Assembly: GCA_965195345.1 (NCBI GenBank)
Contig: OZ239628.1
Span: 1,664,001 to 1,728,000 of the forward strand
Source: an uncultured Thiomicrospira sp.
GTDB lineage: Bacteria > Pseudomonadota > Gammaproteobacteria > CAKMZV01
Direction: 5' to 3'
DNA: 64,000 bases
Part shown: positions 60,303-64,000 of the stretch, in pieces
How the letters are laid out: the number at the start of each line of letters is the position of its first letter
How positions within the stretch are numbered: the stretch's first letter is position 1
Position numbers and translations under genes: made by a program
Notes under the pieces: model-generated
Seen by the model: only the letters and a program-made list of their open reading frames with translations
What the model was told of the DNA's origin: nothing
Database searches by the model: none

Positions 60303-62156
60303 ATGATCCAGAAACACCCCTTACTATCTATACTGCCTATACTGCTCATAACTATGAGCTCCTACGCATCCGCCACTAAGGTCAACTGGTACGACTGGAA
60401 TAAATCAGCTTTTGAACAAGCAAAAAAAGAAAAAAAAATGATCCTCATCAATGTTGGTATGGAAGGCTGTGCCGCATGCGCTCGAATGGATAAATTTACT
60501 TACGACGATCAGAGCGTAGCAGACATAATCAATAAGTACTTTATTCCTATCGCTGTTGACAGCGAGGCACGCCCTGATATTGGCGAGCGCTACTCCGATT
60601 GGGCATGGCCTGCCACTGCCTTTTTAAGCCCCGATGCAGTACAAGTCTTCGCTATGGCAGGTAATCGTTTTCCCAGAAACTTTATCCCTATTCTCAATGA
60701 TTTGATCGACAAGCAAACCAAAGGCATACTAAAACCCGATCCTAATTCACCGTATGCCGCGCCACCTAAACCAGTAAAAACTGCACTTGACGACATTCGC
60801 AATCAAATTCGTAACCAATTAGATCGCAATCTAAACGAGAGTAATGGTGGCTGGAGCAATAGTGCCGTTAATATGGAATACAGTGGTTCTCGCTTGCGCC
60901 ATCTCCTCTTTCGTAGCCATTTATACGGCATGCAAAATCTTGAAAAAATTGCTTTGAAAACCGTTGATAATTATGTACGTTCGATTGATCCAGTCTGGGG
61001 AGGAGCTTATGAAGTTGTATTCCACCAAAACGCCAAAGTACCTCAGCGCTTTGAAAAAATAAGAGCAATTCCTGAAAAGAGAATTTCTTCACAAGCCAAT
61101 GCCATAAGCGGTTTTGCATTAGCATATCAATTAACAAAAGATGAAAAATACCGCAAAGCAATGAAGTCAATGTCGTCATTTTTGCATAACTGGTTCACAT
61201 CGCCCAAAGGATTGTTCTACACGAATCAAAAATCAGAACCAATCGAATTCCCTGATAATTTGCAAATGCAAGATTATTGGGTTATTGAAGATGATGCAAA
61301 GCGTCGCGCTTTAGGCATTCCACCAATTGATCATGCCACCTATACCGACCAAAATGGCGAGATGATATCGGCGTTAGTACTTGCATTTGAGGCTTTTTCC
61401 GATCCTCGTTACAAGGCAATGGCAGAACGCACTGCTAAAGAATTGTTACGCACGCGTACCCATAAAGATGGCTGGATGATAAACGCTCAATTAAACAATC
61501 GCGTGGTTAATGATGCTCGCATGCGTCCCTATGACATAACTCAACGCCCCTACTTGAGCACTCAGGCTAAATTCGGACAAGCACTGCTTGATCTCTATCG
61601 CATAAATGGGAATAGCGAATTACTCATTGCTGCTCAACGCATTGCCGATGCCATGATAGATCAATTAGGAGATAGTGAGAATGGAGGCTTTTGGGGAGCA
61701 CCATTAGATGATGTATCTGCGCTTATAGCTCCAAGAAAACCCATTGAAGATAATGGCAGTGCTATTTCCTTTTTATATGACTTATCCGTTTATGTTAAAG
61801 AACCAAAGTATGAAGAAATCGCACGCCTTGCCGCTCAAGGTATATCTGATCCATCCATACTAAGACGAGAAGGAAAAATCACTGCTCACTTAGGGTTAGG
61901 GTTAGAGAAACTAAGTGCTGAGTACGTCGAGTTTTCTATCGTAGGCGATGAAAACGATCCAGCTGCCAAAGCACTTTATCAAGCAGCAAACCATGTCTAT
62001 CACCCACGAAAAATCGTTCACTTTGAAAAGCCAGGACGATACCCGAAAAAAGATTTTGCTGCAGCATACATCTGTAATCCAAATCGCTGTTCAGTGCCAT
62101 TAAAAACGCCTGAAGAAGTTGTTAAAGTCGCGGAAAGTTATCGTTCGCCTCAATAG
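60303..62156 (+). CDS. DUF255/YyaL-like thioredoxin plus alpha-alpha toroid protein, with predicted signal peptide
   Basis: VNWYDW...AFE.AK.EKK, CAAC, FIPIAVD.E.RPD, WPATAFL.PD and AYIC...CS.P motifs. Start placed after GAGG (ORF track gives 60228). Confidence 0.82.
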   Translation: MIQKHPLLSILPILLITMSSYASATKVNWYDWNKSAFEQAKKEKKMILINVGMEGCAACARMDKFTYDDQSVADIINKYFIPIAVDSEARPDIGERYSDWAWPATAFLSPDAVQVFAMAGNRFPRNFIPILNDLIDKQTKGILKPDPNSPYAAPPKPVKTALDDIRNQIRNQLDRNLNESNGGWSNSAVNMEYSGSRLRHLLFRSHLYGMQNLEKIALKTVDNYVRSIDPVWGGAYEVVFHQNAKVPQRFEKIRAIPEKRISSQANAISGFALAYQLTKDEKYRKAMKSMSSFLHNWFTSPKGLFYTNQKSEPIEFPDNLQMQDYWVIEDDAKRRALGIPPIDHATYTDQNGEMISALVLAFEAFSDPRYKAMAERTAKELLRTRTHKDGWMINAQLNNRVVNDARMRPYDITQRPYLSTQAKFGQALLDLYRINGNSELLIAAQRIADAMIDQLGDSENGGFWGAPLDDVSALIAPRKPIEDNGSAISFLYDLSVYVKEPKYEEIARLAAQGISDPSILRREGKITAHLGLGLEKLSAEYVEFSIVGDENDPAAKALYQAANHVYHPRKIVHFEKPGRYPKKDFAAAYICNPNRCSVPLKTPEEVVKVAESYRSPQ

Positions 62157-62614
62157 AGTGGTGTAGAGCTCTTCTGCATCTTCTTTTCCCTGATATGGTT
62201 TCAACTCAAACCTTCCACATTGATCATCTGCATCCCCGTAGCGCGTTTGAAAAAAAGATGTTCAAATCATATAATTTCCTGCAAAGTAACGAGACATTAC
62301 ATGGATTTTTCTCTGATTCAAAGCATTGGAACTCCATAGCAAATCTTCATTTACTCAATGGCTCGCCGAATCAATCAAAAAGTGACAGGCCTTTAGCTGA
62401 ATGGCTCAATGATAACAATGTCAATTTGCGAGCACAAGATCTGCTTGTTGAAGAGGTTAGTTTAGACTTCGAAACGTTCAAAGAGTTCTATGAAAAACGA
62501 AGGGCAAACCTAAAAGAAAGATTGAAAAGCCGTGTGTTCATGTCAGCGCAATTATCATTGCAACCAAAAGCTGAAGACTCAGATGATGAAGTGGCAAGGG
62601 ATGCAAATATTTAA
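62157..62614 (+). pseudogene. 5'-truncated C-terminal HNH (DUF1524-like) fragment of a DUF262/GmrSD-type nuclease
   Basis: FHIDHLHP, NSIANLHLL...N.SK.D.PL.EW and F.EFYEKR motifs. The frame continues upstream of the ATG as RALLHLLFPD up to the previous gene's stop. Confidence 0.7.
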
Positions 62615-62834
62615 TATAGTTGCTTTATTTTAAATTTTATGTACGAGCAGCCATGATTGATTTATCCCAATTCAACACAATTGTGAACAAGCACCAAGCA
62701 ATAGATCAATGATTTGGTGATGTTGGATCAACCATAGGCATTCCTCAGGAAATTAACGACTGCTGCAAAGGCTAAGTACTTTTTGCAAGTCCAGCAAAAG
62801 TTGTGTGCAATTGAACTAGTACTTGTTAGTTTTA

Positions 62835-63023
62835 TTAATTATCAAACCCTGACACTCTTTTTAATTCTAAAATACCGTCTTGTCGCACTAAAAAAGTTGT
62901 ACCGTTCTTTCTTTCAAGTCGATATGATTTAGGGGTTTTCTTTATATACTTAACACCACTTTCATAATTTATATCGTATTTTCCAGTGCTAAATACAATA
63001 TCGTAATAACTACCTATATTCAT
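62835..63023 (-). CDS. Small basic hypothetical protein
   Basis: 62 aa ORF with ATG start, upstream AAGG, and beta-strand-like patterning. Confidence 0.55.
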   Translation of the reverse strand: MNIGSYYDIVFSTGKYDINYESGVKYIKKTPKSYRLERKNGTTFLVRQDGILELKRVSGFDN

Positions 63024-63370
63024 TCTTTCGCCTTAACTTGATAATTTTTTTAATCTACGATTCTTGTTAATTTTCAAACAAAATTATTAAGATACTTTTG
63101 TTCTAAATTTCAATAAATTCAATCTCAATAAATTCATGCTTCATTATCAGATAATCTATATCTGAATATTTTAGATTGCTCAGCATTATAATTACTCACC
63201 ATTTTACTAACCGATGAAACCACTAAAAAAACTTTCCCACCGAGAAGTAGGAAGTGATAATTTCAACAGTAATAACAATCTGCAAAAACTTTGAACCAAT
63301 GATTAGCATTCGCAAGTTCGCCTGATCGAAGAAGCTTTTCACCAAGAAATGTAGAATTAGGAAACATAAA

Positions 63371-63877
63371 ATGGGATCACAAGACAAGAAAAATATAAAT
63401 CAATTTACTCCACAAGAAACTTTTAAAATAGCAAAGGAGACGCGTGATTTTGAAATTAAGTTATTTTGGCAGCGTACGAATTATTTTTTGCTACTTAATT
63501 CTGCTGTTGCTGGTGCTTTTTTATATTTTATGAAGCCGACGGAAGACGTCGTAGTATTACAAATTGCATTCTGTGTTATTGGTGGTTTTGTTTGCTTGGC
63601 ATGGATAAAGGTAGGTTTAGGTAGTAAGTATTGGCAATCACATTGGGAGCAAGTGCTCGTTGACTTACAGAAAAGATTTGACTTGTTTGAGGACGATCTT
63701 TTTAGTGACAAGAAAACCGACGAACGAGTTAGGAGAAATTTAAAAATGGAAAGTTGCTACGATCACTGCGTTCTTAAAAAACCTTCTGTAAGTCTGTGGA
63801 TGCACCGCACCGCACGTTTCTTTTTACTGATTTGGATATTTGCTTTCTTCTACACAAGTTGTCAATTGGTCGTGTAG
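63371..63877 (+). CDS. Three-TM membrane protein with R.FEI.LFWQR.NYF motif (RipA/octameric-membrane-protein-like)
   Basis: AGGA RBS, ETRDFEIKLFWQRTNYFLLLN, two TMs, GSKYWQSHWE, and a C-terminal TM after KPSVS. Confidence 0.7.
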   Translation: MGSQDKKNINQFTPQETFKIAKETRDFEIKLFWQRTNYFLLLNSAVAGAFLYFMKPTEDVVVLQIAFCVIGGFVCLAWIKVGLGSKYWQSHWEQVLVDLQKRFDLFEDDLFSDKKTDERVRRNLKMESCYDHCVLKKPSVSLWMHRTARFFLLIWIFAFFYTSCQLVV

Positions 63878-63912
63878 CTTACTATGTTTTATGACTTAAA
63901 AAGCACCCAAAA

Positions 63913-64000
63913 ATGGAAAGGCTGATAGTTGTGACGCTCTTTCTTGCTTTGATGGGTGGGTGTGCTAAAAATTCCAAATTAACATCTAAAAAGGAAATTA
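63913..64000 (+). CDS. Lipoprotein, truncated at the window end
   Basis: ATG at 63913 reads MERLIVVTLFLALMGGCAKNSK..., open to the end, with lipobox-like MGGC. Confidence 0.55.
   Translation, partial: MERLIVVTLFLALMGGCAKNSKLTSKKEI

Noticed and set aside
799-63711. Numerous 60-126 aa ORFs overlapping identified genes
   Set aside because: Antisense or off-frame shadows of well-supported CDSs, with no recognisable motifs.
1-64000. CRISPR array, IS elements, rRNA
   Set aside because: No regularly spaced repeats, transposase motifs or rRNA-like sequence noticed on reading.

Overview
AT-rich window from a gammaproteobacterial chromosome, judged from protein motifs recognised by eye. It is mostly core genes: fba, secG, rpoD, mraY, aroG, hslV, pyrE, lol, rpoH, argC, priA, aspS, tol-pal, ruvABC, nadA, ribH-nusB, lptCAB, rpsP, purB, pepN and alaC, plus tRNA-Leu(GAG) and tRNA-Phe(GAA). 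Canonical operons are heavily broken up, and an ~11 kb nadA..kdsD block looks inverted. I saw no CRISPR array, IS, integrase or rRNA. The best candidates for new biology are: (1) a four-gene peptidoglycan stem-peptide trimming operon (exported M14 peptidase, non-catalytic TPR/Csd6-type partner, Csd6/Pgp2-like L,D-peptidase, AmpD) resembling the Helicobacter/Campylobacter cell-shape machinery; (2) an RpoH with a long acidic N-terminal extension; (3) a WYL regulator plus SRPBCC-GyrI module with repeats in its flanks; and (4) a degraded defence-like accessory patch at the right end. No searches were run, so all family calls rest on motif recognition.
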